Numbered from the whole stretch's first letter, positions 13,420-26,743 are shown. The stretch: DNA of 63,774 nt, filler included, from Lama guanicoe (GCA_013239625.1; 176 parts of 176 records of this genome joined end to end with filler, not necessarily neighbours in it); one strand, 5' to 3'. Notes: generated by a model from the sequence alone, not told the origin. Made by a program: numbers and translations.

Positions 13420-13681
13420 TTTCTGGTGTACATCACAATGCTTCAGTCATACATGATCATACATATATTTGTTTTCATATTTTTTTCACCATAAGTTACT
13501 ACAAGGTATTGAATATAGTTCTTTATGCCATATAGTATAAACTTGTTGTTTATCTGTTTTATATGTATTAGTTAGTTTCTGCAAATCTCGAACTTGCAAT
13601 TTATTTCTTCCCACCCCTTTCCCCACCCCAGAAACCATAAATTTGATTTCTATGTCTGTGAGTCTGTTTCTGTTTTGTAAA
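13420..13681 (-). mobile_element. LINE-1 3' UTR
   Basis: tttctggtgtaca...attgaatatagtt...ctatgtctgtgagtctgtttctgttttgtaa. Homologous to 23580-23842 and 58785-59040. Confidence 0.85.
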
Positions 13682-13781
13682 NNNNNNNNNNNNNNNNNNN
13701 NNNNNNNNNNNNNNNNNNNNNNNNNTTAATTAATTAANNNNNNNNNNNNNNNNNNNNNNNNNNNNNNNNNNNNNNNNNNNN

Positions 13782-13885
13782 GCACGAGGCCCTGGGTTCA
13801 ATCCCCAGTGTCGCCGTTACAAAAAAAAAAAATTAATAAACCTAATTACCTCCTTCAAAAACAAACAACTTGAAAAAAAAAAACA
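13782..13885 (+). mobile_element. vic-1-like SINE, long-tail form
   Basis: gcacgaggccctgggttcaatccccag, then an A run, then TAAACCTAATTACCTCC, then a second A-rich tail. Confidence 0.85.
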
Positions 13886-14144
13886 CCAAAGTTAAAAAAA
13901 GATACTCCTTTACTGTGGGAGACATAATTTTAAAAAAAAGCAAACACAGTTTGTAAAAAGGGATGTGGAATTTGGCTGCACTTTTGGTGAAGGTTCCTCT
14001 TTCAGAGTCTCCAGGAGAATTCCCCTTCCCTCCGGGGGCGGGTTNNNNNNNNNNNNNNNNNNNNNNNNNNNNNNNNNNNNNNNNNNNNTTAATTAATTAA
14101 NNNNNNNNNNNNNNNNNNNNNNNNNNNNNNNNNNNNNNNNNNNN

Positions 14145-14407
14145 GGTAGCTCATTCTAAATGAGTTCAGAAGAGTGGGGTTTCAATCCAATAGGATTGAT
14201 GCCTTTATAAGTCAAGGAAGAGAAACCACGAGTGGATGCACAAAGAAAAGGCCATGTGAGAACACAGCAGGAAGATGATCATCTGCAAGTGAAGCCCAGA
14301 GGTCTCAGAGAAACCAAGCTTGCCAGGATCTTGATTTCGACTTCCACTTTCAAAGCTATGAGAAAATAAACTTCTATTGTTTAAGCCACCTAGTCTGTGG
14401 CATTTTG
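14145..14407 (+). mobile_element. ERVL-MaLR MLT1 LTR
   Basis: ggccatgtgagaacacagc...atctgcaag...agaaacc...tgagaaaataaacttctattgtttaagccacctagtctgtgg. Confidence 0.9.
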
Positions 14408-15959
14408 NNNNNNNNNNNNNNNNNNNNNNNNNNNNNNNNNNNNNNNNNNNNTTAATTAATTAANNNNNNNNNNNNNNNNNNNNNNNNNNNNNNNNNNNNN
14501 NNNNNNNAAAGGACCTTGAGGGACCTACGGAGGAGACAGCGCGGAATGTGACAGCACACACACAGGCACAGCGGGAGCACGACAGGAGGCCGCACGGGCC
14601 CCGTCTCGCGTGGCAGTGGGCGCGGCCCAGTGGCAGAGCCCAGGGGCGCAGGCCAGGAGGGGCCTGCTGGGGCCCTGCCCGGCGCATAACTTTCAACGAT
14701 TCAAAATAGTAATGCTCGACCAGCACTCAAGAGGTTGGCAGAGAAAACAGAATACACTGGAAATGCCTGGNNNNNNNNNNNNNNNNNNNNNNNNNNNNNN
14801 NNNNNNNNNNNNNNTTAATTAATTAANNNNNNNNNNNNNNNNNNNNNNNNNNNNNNNNNNNNNNNNNNNNCCAAAGTCTGAGCCTTTCTCTGAGCAGAAG
14901 CCAGTCTGTGTCTGTGCTGGCAGTCCCCTCCTCACTCCCTCCTTCCTGTGCCCTTTGGCCACCTGAATCCTCACCGTTATCAGCCCCATGTGCTCCCGAA
15001 GAAAGCAGAGAAAGGGAGACGGGGTGACTTCGCTTCCCATATTCAGAAGCATCAGGCCGGTCATCGACTCACAGCAAGAAGTCACGTTCACCAGAATGTG
15101 ACCAAGATATAGAAGAGCAGACCTCAAATTTGGNNNNNNNNNNNNNNNNNNNNNNNNNNNNNNNNNNNNNNNNNNNNTTAATTAATTAANNNNNNNNNNN
15201 NNNNNNNNNNNNNNNNNNNNNNNNNNNNNNNNNCCCGCACAGGACCCTCGGAGGTGGGACTCTCCCACCCCTCCCCTGAGCCACTTCTCCAGAAACCCTG
15301 CTCCTTCTTCTCAGGACGCACAAATCTTCCCGCAGAGAGGAGCTACGTGGGCACGTGGGGAGCAGGGCCGGGGCGGTCTCCTCGCATCTGCACGTGTCTG
15401 GGACCACCTGCAAACCACCTGCTCCACGAGGTGCTGCTTCGGGCCCGTCTTTAATCAGACTGGACTTCTCGCCCGTTTTCCCCAAAGGGCATGCGTNNNN
15501 NNNNNNNNNNNNNNNNNNNNNNNNNNNNNNNNNNNNNNNNTTAATTAATTAANNNNNNNNNNNNNNNNNNNNNNNNNNNNNNNNNNNNNNNNNNNNGGGC
15601 ATGTTTAGATGCCCACGAATCTATTTTCATCTGCTTGCATTGTTAGACTATGAGCTGAAAGTAGCTGCAGATCAGATGAGCTGAAGAAAAGGAAACTCTA
15701 TAACATAAATTCCTTTGTGGCTGTGATTCCTTGTGTAGACAGTTCAACTTCATAAGGTGGGATTTCCTCAGAGTTCTTGGCTTCTCCTCCCAAGAGGATA
15801 TGGACTGTCTTCTTCATTCTTGCTGCTTACCACACAGAGAATGCTCAGTGGAGGCCCAGNNNNNNNNNNNNNNNNNNNNNNNNNNNNNNNNNNNNNNNNN
15901 NNNTTAATTAATTAANNNNNNNNNNNNNNNNNNNNNNNNNNNNNNNNNNNNNNNNNNNN

Positions 15960-16222
15960 GCAACCTAAGTGTCCATCAACAGATGAATAGATAAAGAAGA
16001 TGTGGTATGTATATATGTGTGTATGTATGTGGCTCACATACATATACACTCACACAATGAAATACTACTCAGCCATAAAAGACAATGAAATTTTGCATTT
16101 ACAGCAACATGGATGGACTTGGAGGGCGTTATACTGAGAGAAATAAATTAGATGGCAAAAGACAAATACTATATGATATCACTTATATGTGGCATCTAAA
16201 AAATACAACAAACTAGTGAATA
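15960..16222 (+). mobile_element. LINE-1 ORF2 end
   Basis: caacctaagtgtccatcaacagatgaatagataaagaagatgtgg...acagcaacatggatggacttggaggg. Confidence 0.9.
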
Positions 16223-16685
16223 NNNNNNNNNNNNNNNNNNNNNNNNNNNNNNNNNNNNNNNNNNNNTTAATTAATTAANNNNNNNNNNNNNNNNNNNNNN
16301 NNNNNNNNNNNNNNNNNNNNNNATGTAGAGATTCACCAGTAGGGAGTGGTTGAAATGATTCTTTAATTTAACAAATATTTCTCATGCATCACTATGTACC
16401 AAGCACTGTTTGGGCAGCAGAGACATAATAATGAAAAGAGCTGACAGTCTGTAAATGATTGTACATCCCTATGATGGCATGCAATACATCCATCAAAGAG
16501 CTTCAGTCTTTCTGTGCTGGTGATCTGAACACTTACTTACTGAAAAGAAGATCCAAGTTAAAGAAAACATTTTATAGTTGTCTATNNNNNNNNNNNNNNN
16601 NNNNNNNNNNNNNNNNNNNNNNNNNNNNNTTAATTAATTAANNNNNNNNNNNNNNNNNNNNNNNNNNNNNNNNNNNNNNNNNNNN

Positions 16686-16948
16686 TTTCAACTGATGAGA
16701 AATTTTGTGTTCCCAACAAGCTAGATGAAGGACGGTTTTCACACAAGCTTAACTCTCAAAACTGGGCATGTGGAGAGACGTTCGTTCATCAAGCACACAG
16801 GGAAATGTTTTCAGGAGAAACACTTTCTCTGGATTCTTAGTCTGCTTCCTGGTGCCGGTTTTAAGTTCCTGCTGTTTTCACTGTAAACCCGAGTTGGTGC
16901 TTCTACCTCCCATATATATATATATATGTAGTGGAGTTCACAAAGAAA
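16686..16948 (-). repeat. Satellite monomer (~248-bp family), reverse orientation
   Basis: The reverse complement aligns colinearly with 26484-26743 and 52251-52513 (gggaggtagaagcaccaactcgggtttacagtgaaa...ggaagcagactaagaa...). Confidence 0.8.
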
Positions 16949-17280
16949 NNNNNNNNNNNNNNNNNNNNNNNNNNNNNNNNNNNNNNNNNNNNTTAATTAA
17001 TTAANNNNNNNNNNNNNNNNNNNNNNNNNNNNNNNNNNNNNNNNNNNNGAGGTAAGGGTGGTCATTAGGATTGATTACTGGTGACATTTAATTTTCTTCT
17101 GTTAACTTGTCGGCTTTGTGATTTTGTTTTTTCCCTGCAATGAAGCTGAATTATTTTTTCTGACAACGGGGAAAAGGGCAGAAAGTGGGCACAGGGGAAG
17201 GAGGTGATAAAGAGTGTTTAAGTTCAGCAAAACACCCAAGGACAGCGAGAAACCATTTGCAGCCCATCAAGCTGGCCAAG

Positions 17281-17308
17281 ACACACACACACACACACAC
17301 ACACACAC
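17281..17308. repeat. (AC)14 microsatellite at contig end
   Basis: Read directly from the sequence. Confidence 0.95.
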
Positions 17309-17408
17309 NNNNNNNNNNNNNNNNNNNNNNNNNNNNNNNNNNNNNNNNNNNNTTAATTAATTAANNNNNNNNNNNNNNNNNNNNNNNNNNNNNNNNNNNN
17401 NNNNNNNN

Positions 17409-17671
17409 CATTTGCTGAAGAGACTCTCTTGTTTCCACTGAATATTCTTGCCTCCTTGGTTGAAGATTAGTAGACCAAATGTTTGTGGGTTCATTTCACG
17501 GCTCTCTATTCTGTTCCAATGTTCCATATGTCTGTTTTTGTAACAATACCATGCTATCTTGATTAGTGTACCTCTGTAGTATTGTCTGAATTCTCAGAGA
17601 GTTATTCCTCCAGCCTCTTTTCTTTTCTTCAGCAATGCTTTGGCAATTCTAGGTCTTTTGTGGTTCCATAT
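17409..17671 (-). mobile_element. LINE-1 ORF2 fragment
   Basis: Antisense of the IWNHKRPRIAKALLKK...AWYC...WNRIE region. Confidence 0.9.
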
Positions 17672-18860
17672 NNNNNNNNNNNNNNNNNNNNNNNNNNNNN
17701 NNNNNNNNNNNNNNNTTAATTAATTAANNNNNNNNNNNNNNNNNNNNNNNNNNNNNNNNNNNNNNNNNNNNCCGAGCTTGGGGCCCTGACACAGGCTCTG
17801 GCCCTGCTCTCAAGCACCTGCTCTGTGCACCTGTCTGCCATCTGCCAGTGTTGTTCACCTGCAAGGGCAGGGGGTGACAGGAAGCCAGGGGCCTGGCATA
17901 CCCTCTCCCACCTAGGCCTGGGTGGGAGCAGTGGGCAGCCCAGACCAGGGCCACAGGCAACAGTAGCCTTGGCTGTGCCCATCTGGACGGACAGACTGGC
18001 ATGGCCCCATGGGCTCTGGGCCTGCCTGCAAGCCNNNNNNNNNNNNNNNNNNNNNNNNNNNNNNNNNNNNNNNNNNNNTTAATTAATTAANNNNNNNNNN
18101 NNNNNNNNNNNNNNNNNNNNNNNNNNNNNNNNNNTTTTCTGCAGGTAGGTTTTCTTGGTGAAAAGAAAAAAGAGGTTTTTGAAAACATGACCCAAGAAAG
18201 TGTCTTGTTAGGCCCTCAGAACTGATGCTCAAACACCGTTTGTAAGAGAGATCCAGCTTCTCACCAGGAACGGCCTGAGGGCCGCTGGCTGAAGGGCTCT
18301 GAGGGCGTAAGGGTGGCAGAAGGACAGTCCCTTTGACTGTGACCCTGTGGCTTCACTCCACGTGCTGCTGAGCCACCGCCTGGCTGCGGGGCCTTGGNNN
18401 NNNNNNNNNNNNNNNNNNNNNNNNNNNNNNNNNNNNNNNNNTTAATTAATTAANNNNNNNNNNNNNNNNNNNNNNNNNNNNNNNNNNNNNNNNNNNNTAC
18501 ATGTATTCACATGGAAGAAATGTTTCTGTGGCATTATGATTAGGTTAAAGTTAAACCTTTAAGAGCTCTTTCCTTTCCTCCCACCCTTTCTCCTACCCTC
18601 CTCCTCTCTTTCACTTCTCTCTCTCTGCCTTTTCCCTTCCATCCCCTCTAGTTTTTTCCTTCTTTCCTTCTTTCTTCCCTTCCTTCCTCCCTCCCTTCTT
18701 TTTCTCATTTCTTGTTGCTTCCTTCTTCTGCATGTATGGAATTGTGACAGGAGGAATGACNNNNNNNNNNNNNNNNNNNNNNNNNNNNNNNNNNNNNNNN
18801 NNNNTTAATTAATTAANNNNNNNNNNNNNNNNNNNNNNNNNNNNNNNNNNNNNNNNNNNN

Positions 18861-19040
18861 AGTGCTTTATGTACTTTATCATATTTAATTATTATAACAA
18901 CCCTCTAGTAGATAGCTATTATTATGCTTAATTTTATAGATGAAGACACTGATCCTTAGGGAGATAAAGTGACATATAAGATCACACAGGTAGTAAGTGG
19001 CAGAACTGGGGTTCCTATGTGGATAAATCATTGCCTCCAA
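18861..19040 (+). mobile_element. MIR SINE
   Basis: ttttatagatgaagacactga...aagatcacacaggtagtaagtggcagaactggg is a MIR core. Strand assignment is tentative. Confidence 0.8.
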
Positions 19041-19586
19041 GCCTATGTGCTCTTTTAATTATTTCAGAAGATTCCAAGCTACCTGGAATGTATCTCTTCA
19101 CATACGTTTATGTCCTTATAATANNNNNNNNNNNNNNNNNNNNNNNNNNNNNNNNNNNNNNNNNNNNTTAATTAATTAANNNNNNNNNNNNNNNNNNNNN
19201 NNNNNNNNNNNNNNNNNNNNNNNGAGGTCCCGCTCCCCCCGTTTTGTCACGCTGCCTTCCCCACAGTTCTCTCATTTATTCTGAACAATCCATTCCGTCT
19301 TAGTTTCAAGGGGCAGCAACCTGTGATTATTAATTACTACCCATGTGTGGGAAAGTGACTGAAGTGATGGGTATGTAGTCAGCAACGCCCTGGGAGTTTT
19401 CTAGAGATCTGTCTCTCCTTCACTCTCTTCCACCTTGGGTTGAAATCCTGGAAATTCTACTAGCTGAATTACCTTGGGAAAGTTATNNNNNNNNNNNNNN
19501 NNNNNNNNNNNNNNNNNNNNNNNNNNNNNNTTAATTAATTAANNNNNNNNNNNNNNNNNNNNNNNNNNNNNNNNNNNNNNNNNNNN

Positions 19587-19733
19587 CACAGGGAACTATG
19601 TTCAATATCTTGAAACTATCTTTAATGGAAAAAAATATGAAAACAAAGATGTATATATATATGCATGATGGGGACACTGTGCTGTGCACCAGAAATGACA
19701 CATTGTAATTGACTGTGCTTCAATAAAAAAAAA
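19587..19733 (+). mobile_element. LINE-1 3' terminus with poly-A
   Basis: cacagggaactatgttcaatatctt...gctgtgcaccagaaatgacacattgtaa...caataaaaaaaa. The same motif occurs at 46553-46705. Confidence 0.85.
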
Positions 19734-20312
19734 GAAAGAGGTGGAAATTGAAGGAAATCAAATAAACTGGCAGACTTAAGTCATGTCAATGCTACCAAGC
19801 TAATCTGTAAACTGAACAATAAACATAAGAATATTACTCAGAACATTACNNNNNNNNNNNNNNNNNNNNNNNNNNNNNNNNNNNNNNNNNNNNTTAATTA
19901 ATTAANNNNNNNNNNNNNNNNNNNNNNNNNNNNNNNNNNNNNNNNNNNNGCTGTGCCTCCACTGAGATAAACTGGAACATTTCCATAGTCTTCTTGCCCC
20001 AATAGCTGAGGCAAAGGAACAGGCAGAACATTGGGAGGAAGAGGAATCAGTACCCCATCCCTGTACTAACCACCAGGTACTGCAGGAGTGTGATTTCAAG
20101 TAAGTACTGACTGAGCGAGGTACCATCCCCACCTCCACTGTGTTAGGTGAGGAAACTGTGGATCAGTGTAACTAATTCTGCCCTAGATTGTACATCTGGC
20201 AAGTGGGGAGGGNNNNNNNNNNNNNNNNNNNNNNNNNNNNNNNNNNNNNNNNNNNNTTAATTAATTAANNNNNNNNNNNNNNNNNNNNNNNNNNNNNNNN
20301 NNNNNNNNNNNN

Positions 20313-20575
20313 GAATAGAGAACACAGAAATGAACCCACAAACTTTTGGACAATAAATTTTTGACAAAGGATGCAAGAAAGTACAATGAAATACAGAGAA
20401 ACTCTTCAGCAAATGTTGGGAAACCTGGACAGCATCATGTAAATCAATGAACCTAGAACACTCCCAATGAAGCTAGAATATCATACAAAAAAATAAACTC
20501 GATGGATCAAAGACTTAAACATAACACAAGATACAATAAACCTCCAAGAGGAAAATATAGGCAAAATATTATCTG
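20313..20575 (+). mobile_element. LINE-1 ORF2 fragment
   Basis: Degenerate RIENTEMNP...IFDKG...KINSKWIKDLN..TINLLEENIGK region. Confidence 0.9.
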
Positions 20576-21038
20576 NNNNNNNNNNNNNNNNNNNNNNNNN
20601 NNNNNNNNNNNNNNNNNNNTTAATTAATTAANNNNNNNNNNNNNNNNNNNNNNNNNNNNNNNNNNNNNNNNNNNNTTTTAAAGGATGGTTTGACCTCATG
20701 TTTGTGCTTTTCCTATTCTTCTTTCTAATATTCATGCACAGTTTCTTACTTTTGTGTGTAGAAAAAATTTGCTGTAATCTATATTTGCTTAAAGATCTGA
20801 GGCTCATTTCAAGACATAATATGTGGTAATTCATTAGATAACATCCTGTACACACTTGTAAACTTTATGTGTTCTGCTTTACTGAAGCAGTGTCCAATAG
20901 CTCAGTTAGGTTCAAATGATGTAATATGCTATTAAGATNNNNNNNNNNNNNNNNNNNNNNNNNNNNNNNNNNNNNNNNNNNNTTAATTAATTAANNNNNN
21001 NNNNNNNNNNNNNNNNNNNNNNNNNNNNNNNNNNNNNN

Positions 21039-21301
21039 CTTGGCCCGCCCTCTTACTTGGCCAGTCTGCAACATCTGACTGTGGCATCGGAAGGGGCACT
21101 GACCCGCCAGCCCACAGCAAAGGAGACCTGCACCTGACCCAGTGTTGGGAGGAGGCACGGTCCGCTTGCCGACAGGTACTGAGAGCAGCACAGAAGAGGC
21201 CGCCAACGGAGGGCCTCTGGAAACAGTAAGCTGAGCTCCCAAAACAGGACGAACAGAAAGACTTCACATTAAAAGCACACAGACTCCAGGAGAACACCAA
21301 C
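21039..21301 (+). mobile_element. Possible camelid L1 5' UTR fragment
   Basis: Moderately CpG-rich and resembles a camelid L1 5' UTR from memory only. Confidence 0.35.
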
Positions 21302-21764
21302 NNNNNNNNNNNNNNNNNNNNNNNNNNNNNNNNNNNNNNNNNNNNTTAATTAATTAANNNNNNNNNNNNNNNNNNNNNNNNNNNNNNNNNNNNNNNNNNN
21401 NCCTCTGCTGGCCGCACCCCAGCCTTCACTGTCTTGTGCTTGCTTCTTGCTTTCACCTTGTGGCTCAGCAGTGGGAGGGCAAGTGTGGTGACAGCGCCCT
21501 TCTCACCCAAGCCGAGGCAGGGACCAGGGACCCCCACGTTGCTGGCTGACATCCGGCCCAGGAGTCTGTGCCCGGCTGAGCCTCCCCTCCTCTGTTCCCC
21601 TGGGCTTTGTGTCTGGAGGGGAGGAAGACCAGCAGCTCAACCTGCGCAGACTTTCAGGGAAGATNNNNNNNNNNNNNNNNNNNNNNNNNNNNNNNNNNNN
21701 NNNNNNNNTTAATTAATTAANNNNNNNNNNNNNNNNNNNNNNNNNNNNNNNNNNNNNNNNNNNN

Positions 21765-22027
21765 GTATGGAGATTCCTCAAAAGACTAGAAATAGACTTA
21801 TCATATGACCCAGCAGCCCCACTCCTGGGCATATATCCAGAGAGAACCTGAATTCAGAAAGACACCTGCACCCCAATGTTTATAGCAGCACTACTTATTA
21901 CAACAGCCAAGACATGGAAACAGCCTACATGTCCCCATCGACAGATAAAGAAGCCGTTGGTGTATTTATACAATAGGGTATGACTCAGCCATAAAGAAGA
22001 ATAAAATAATGCCATTTGCAGCAACAT
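21765..22027 (+). mobile_element. LINE-1 ORF2 C-terminal fragment
   Basis: PLLGIYP...KDTCTPMFIAAL...AKTWKQP motifs. Confidence 0.92.
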
Positions 22028-22169
22028 NNNNNNNNNNNNNNNNNNNNNNNNNNNNNNNNNNNNNNNNNNNNTTAATTAATTAANNNNNNNNNNNNNNNNN
22101 NNNNNNNNNNNNNNNNNNNNNNNNNNNTTAATGTTTGCTGTGTCAGGGGCTTTGAATTCTGGTGTTTTT

Positions 22170-22346
22170 CAGGTCCGCTTGTATGTGGATATTGTCACTA
22201 AATACATACTATAGTGCTGTGTGGTCCAAGGTTGGTTGAATCCGCTAATGTGGAACCATTGAGGGCCAATTGTAAAGTTATACACGGACTTTCCACTGTA
22301 TGGGGGATCAGCACCCCTAGCCCTTGAGCTGTTCAAGGGTCAACTG
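22170..22346 (-). mobile_element. TcMar-Tigger (Tigger2/MER8-type) MITE
   Basis: Ends in gttcaagggtcaactg followed by TA, the reverse of the CAGTTGACCCTTGAAC terminal repeat plus a TA target site. Confidence 0.8.
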
Positions 22347-23216
22347 TATATCCTTTCACATCAAAAATAAGAGCAGTATAATGGAGTTTCNNNNNNNNNN
22401 NNNNNNNNNNNNNNNNNNNNNNNNNNNNNNNNNNTTAATTAATTAANNNNNNNNNNNNNNNNNNNNNNNNNNNNNNNNNNNNNNNNNNNNTGGGACTGCT
22501 GGGTCATAGGGTAAGTCTGTTTTCAGTCTGGAAGATGTCATCTTGAATATGGGGTTCAGAACAAAAGAGCCTAACCCTGTTCTGGGTCTAAAACCTCAAA
22601 GACCACCAAGTAAAAAAGGGTTTCTGCTTATTATCAAGACGAGAGTCCACTCATGAAACATTGCTACCCAAAGCCACGCTGACCTCAATAGTGACGGAGT
22701 GAGTGATTTTGTCAGGAGCAGCAAACAATTCATTAGGTCCCTGAGGGAAAAAANNNNNNNNNNNNNNNNNNNNNNNNNNNNNNNNNNNNNNNNNNNNTTA
22801 ATTAATTAANNNNNNNNNNNNNNNNNNNNNNNNNNNNNNNNNNNNNNNNNNNNCAATTTAAATAACTAAAAGAGCTGTTGTCACTTACACTAATTGTAAG
22901 TGTCACCATTTTTAAAGGAACATTTTAATCATCATAATTGTGTTAGCAGTGTTGATATTTATTGCCTGAAGTGCTGAAGTTGGAGACAAGTAGCCATGAC
23001 TTTAGGGGTCTAGTCTAGTGCTAATAAGGACAAAAATATCTGACAGCTGATTACTTTAAAAAGTCAGGGACTTGCTTATTATGTACTGAATGCAGCACCA
23101 TGCCACAGATATATTTNNNNNNNNNNNNNNNNNNNNNNNNNNNNNNNNNNNNNNNNNNNNTTAATTAATTAANNNNNNNNNNNNNNNNNNNNNNNNNNNN
23201 NNNNNNNNNNNNNNNN

Positions 23217-23479
23217 CAGTCAAGTTCACCAGCAAAATTTGTGCTGCTAAACACAAAAGTCGGTTTTCATTACTGATCTTTCTTGATCTGTATTTGACAG
23301 AGTTGATCACCCTCTCCTTCATAAAATTCTCTCTTTGCATGACTTCTAGAACATTGCTCTCTGGAGTCTTCTCCTGTATCAGAGCTGCTTCTTCACCCCT
23401 CTGTTGGTTCCTTCTCACTCCACGACTCTTAATGTTGGAGGATCCAGGGCTCAGCAGTTAGACCTTTCCTCTTCCCCAG
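23217..23479 (+). mobile_element. LINE-2 fragment
   Basis: cttgatctg...tttgacagagttgatcaccctctcctt...cttaatgttggagga.ccagggctcag is a degenerate L2 RT region. Confidence 0.7.
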
Positions 23480-23579
23480 NNNNNNNNNNNNNNNNNNNNN
23501 NNNNNNNNNNNNNNNNNNNNNNNTTAATTAATTAANNNNNNNNNNNNNNNNNNNNNNNNNNNNNNNNNNNNNNNNNNNN

Positions 23580-23842
23580 TGTGTTAGTTTCTGGTGTACA
23601 GCAAAGTGATTCAGTTATACATATATATCCTTTTTCATATTCTCTTTCATTATAGGTTATTATAAGATATTGAATATAGTTCCCTGTTCTATACAGTACA
23701 AACTCATTTTTTGTCTATTTTATACATAGTAGGTTGTATCTGCTAATCTCAAACTACTAATTTATCCTTCCCCCCTTTCCCCATTGGTAACCATTTCTAT
23801 GTCTGTGACTGTTTTTTGTTTTGTAAATAAGTTCACTTGTAT
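23580..23842 (-). mobile_element. LINE-1 3' UTR
   Basis: gtgttagtttctggtgtacagcaaagtgattcagttatac...aagatattgaatatagttccctg. Confidence 0.88.
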
Positions 23843-26483
23843 NNNNNNNNNNNNNNNNNNNNNNNNNNNNNNNNNNNNNNNNNNNNTTAATTAATTAANN
23901 NNNNNNNNNNNNNNNNNNNNNNNNNNNNNNNNNNNNNNNNNNGAACCTCAAGAACTGATAGTCACAGCTCCAGTTTGGGCAGCTTGTCTAGTTTTTTTGT
24001 GTTTCAATTTTCTCATCGGTAGGACTAGTGAGATAACAATAAAACCAAAGTAACAGGATTTACAAAGATCCTGTGGGATAGCTGGCTAGTGGGCCCACCA
24101 AGTAAGCATTCACTATACGTGGGCTACTGTCAGCAATTATGAATTTACAATTACCTGGTGTTGCCTTGGTTACCTTTGAAAGGACAACTGAACAATACCA
24201 AAGACNNNNNNNNNNNNNNNNNNNNNNNNNNNNNNNNNNNNNNNNNNNNTTAATTAATTAANNNNNNNNNNNNNNNNNNNNNNNNNNNNNNNNNNNNNNN
24301 NNNNNAACACTGTTGAAGCAAGAGACAGATCCGCAGGACTGCTGAGCGCACTGCCGAGTTAACTTCTATATGTGATGTGAGTCTTGTTCTTGGAAATTGG
24401 TGGGAGAAGTGGCCAAATTTCAGGAGGAAGGATACTGGTGAGCAAAAAATTATGACAGTGCATAGAGAAGAAGTTCAAGATAGTGGCAGTGGAATAAAGG
24501 AGACTGGATTGGTGGTCAAAACAGTAGGGTCATGTGAAGAATTGAACATGTCAGAAGATAGAAGGGAANNNNNNNNNNNNNNNNNNNNNNNNNNNNNNNN
24601 NNNNNNNNNNNNTTAATTAATTAANNNNNNNNNNNNNNNNNNNNNNNNNNNNNNNNNNNNNNNNNNNNCCATAGGGACAGTTCATTGATGCTAGCTTATC
24701 TATTGCAGTTTGACACCTAGGTCTTAGAACATAGGCTTAAAAATCTGATTTTCATCAGCACAACAAATTTAATAGTAACAATAACACAAGAAGAAACACA
24801 GCAACAACTAATAGACTGTGTTACCATCAGCCACTATTAATACCCCCACTTACAGATGAGAAATATAAACATAAAGTGGCTATGCCACTGTCCCTTCCCC
24901 AACCCCCAGCTGACTCCATTGACTAAACCATNNNNNNNNNNNNNNNNNNNNNNNNNNNNNNNNNNNNNNNNNNNNTTAATTAATTAANNNNNNNNNNNNN
25001 NNNNNNNNNNNNNNNNNNNNNNNNNNNNNNNTATTTCAACAGTCTTATGGCTCTTGAGTTGATTTCTGCTCCTTTTTACTTTCATCAAAGATTGAGGGTT
25101 TTGGCTAAAAAGTCAAAATTTAAATTTTAACTGAGTTATTGAGATAAGAGTTATTGGCAAAGAAAAGGATTAAGAAAGAAAGTATACAGCTAAGACAACC
25201 AGCAGGGGAAGAAAACAGTGTTGAAGAACACTTATAGAGATGAAGCATGTAAAAATATGATTTATCCCAGAAAGCAAAAAGGAATAAGGTGTACNNNNNN
25301 NNNNNNNNNNNNNNNNNNNNNNNNNNNNNNNNNNNNNNTTAATTAATTAANNNNNNNNNNNNNNNNNNNNNNNNNNNNNNNNNNNNNNNNNNNNTTTTAG
25401 GAAATGGAGAAACAGGAAGAATGTTGGCTCAGAAATCTTCTGGTGAGGTAGGTTTAAAGTCAGGTGTTGAAGAATGTGGGAGATACAGGTGGTTGGAGAG
25501 GATAGGGTTGTTCTAGGAGGAGGGCCCCACAGTTGTAGAGTGTGGATGGATCTCGGCCTGGGAGGAGGTGTAGGCGGGCTCTGCCTTCTAGAGTGAGGAG
25601 TCTGGAAAGGGTGACAGGCAGAGAGGGCCACAGAGGTTCTTGAAGAGCAGAGTGACTNNNNNNNNNNNNNNNNNNNNNNNNNNNNNNNNNNNNNNNNNNN
25701 NTTAATTAATTAANNNNNNNNNNNNNNNNNNNNNNNNNNNNNNNNNNNNNNNNNNNNTACATTACTTCACCTTTTCCTCACTCCTGCTTTCCTGAATTAC
25801 AATCCTTAATTAAGTACCAGTAAGTAAGCTTTTCACTCAGGCTCGCCTTTCAGAGGAACCCAGGCAAAAATAATCAGTTTCATTTCTCAAGCTTTTACTC
25901 TAGAATGTTCTTCTATGCAGGTAGGGACTGTGCCTTTCTGGTTTCTGCCCTTTTTCCCCAGTGAAATTTGGCTTGTGTAGCAAAAAGTTAAATATTAGTT
26001 GTTCAACATAAGCACAAGTTNNNNNNNNNNNNNNNNNNNNNNNNNNNNNNNNNNNNNNNNNNNNTTAATTAATTAANNNNNNNNNNNNNNNNNNNNNNNN
26101 NNNNNNNNNNNNNNNNNNNNCTATTTTAAGGGCTTTAAATATTTTGTTTTATTTTTCACCTCTTTATGTTGTCATTTGAAGAAGAGAAATTTTCAATTTT
26201 GTGATAGTCAAATTTATCAATCTTTGTAGTTTATGATTTTATGCCACAATATTTTATGCTATAATATTTTTAATACTATTTCTAATTATAAAGTGCAATG
26301 CATATCCAATATTGGAGATGTGGAAAGTGAACAAAAGCACAAAGAAGGAATAAGAAAGAAAAAAGATGAGGGATAGGAGAAGANNNNNNNNNNNNNNNNN
26401 NNNNNNNNNNNNNNNNNNNNNNNNNNNTTAATTAATTAANNNNNNNNNNNNNNNNNNNNNNNNNNNNNNNNNNNNNNNNNNNN

Positions 26484-26743
26484 TTGAAAGCCGATCTTCA
26501 CCTTGCTTGAAGGGAACACAAAGTTTCTTTTCCTTGCAAACTCAACTCCATTCCTATATATGGGGAGGTACAAGCTCCAACTCGGTTTTACACTGAAATC
26601 GACAGGCACATTAAACCGGCCCTTGGAAACAGACTGAGAAACCACAGGAATTGTTTTTCCTGAAAACTATTCCATTTGTGCTGGATGAAGGAAAGTCTCT
26701 CCAATTGCTCACTTCTGAGAGATTAATATGTTGAAAGCCGTCC
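26484..26743 (+). repeat. Satellite monomer, internal period 247 bp
   Basis: TTGAAAGCCG occurs at both 26484 and 26731. Homologous to 52251-52513 and to the reverse of 16686-16948. Confidence 0.8.

Noticed and set aside
21434..21664. Signal-peptide-like ORF MCLLLAFTLWLSSGRAS
   Set aside because: The start is not ATG, the sequence is GC-rich with few stops by chance, and no family is recognisable.
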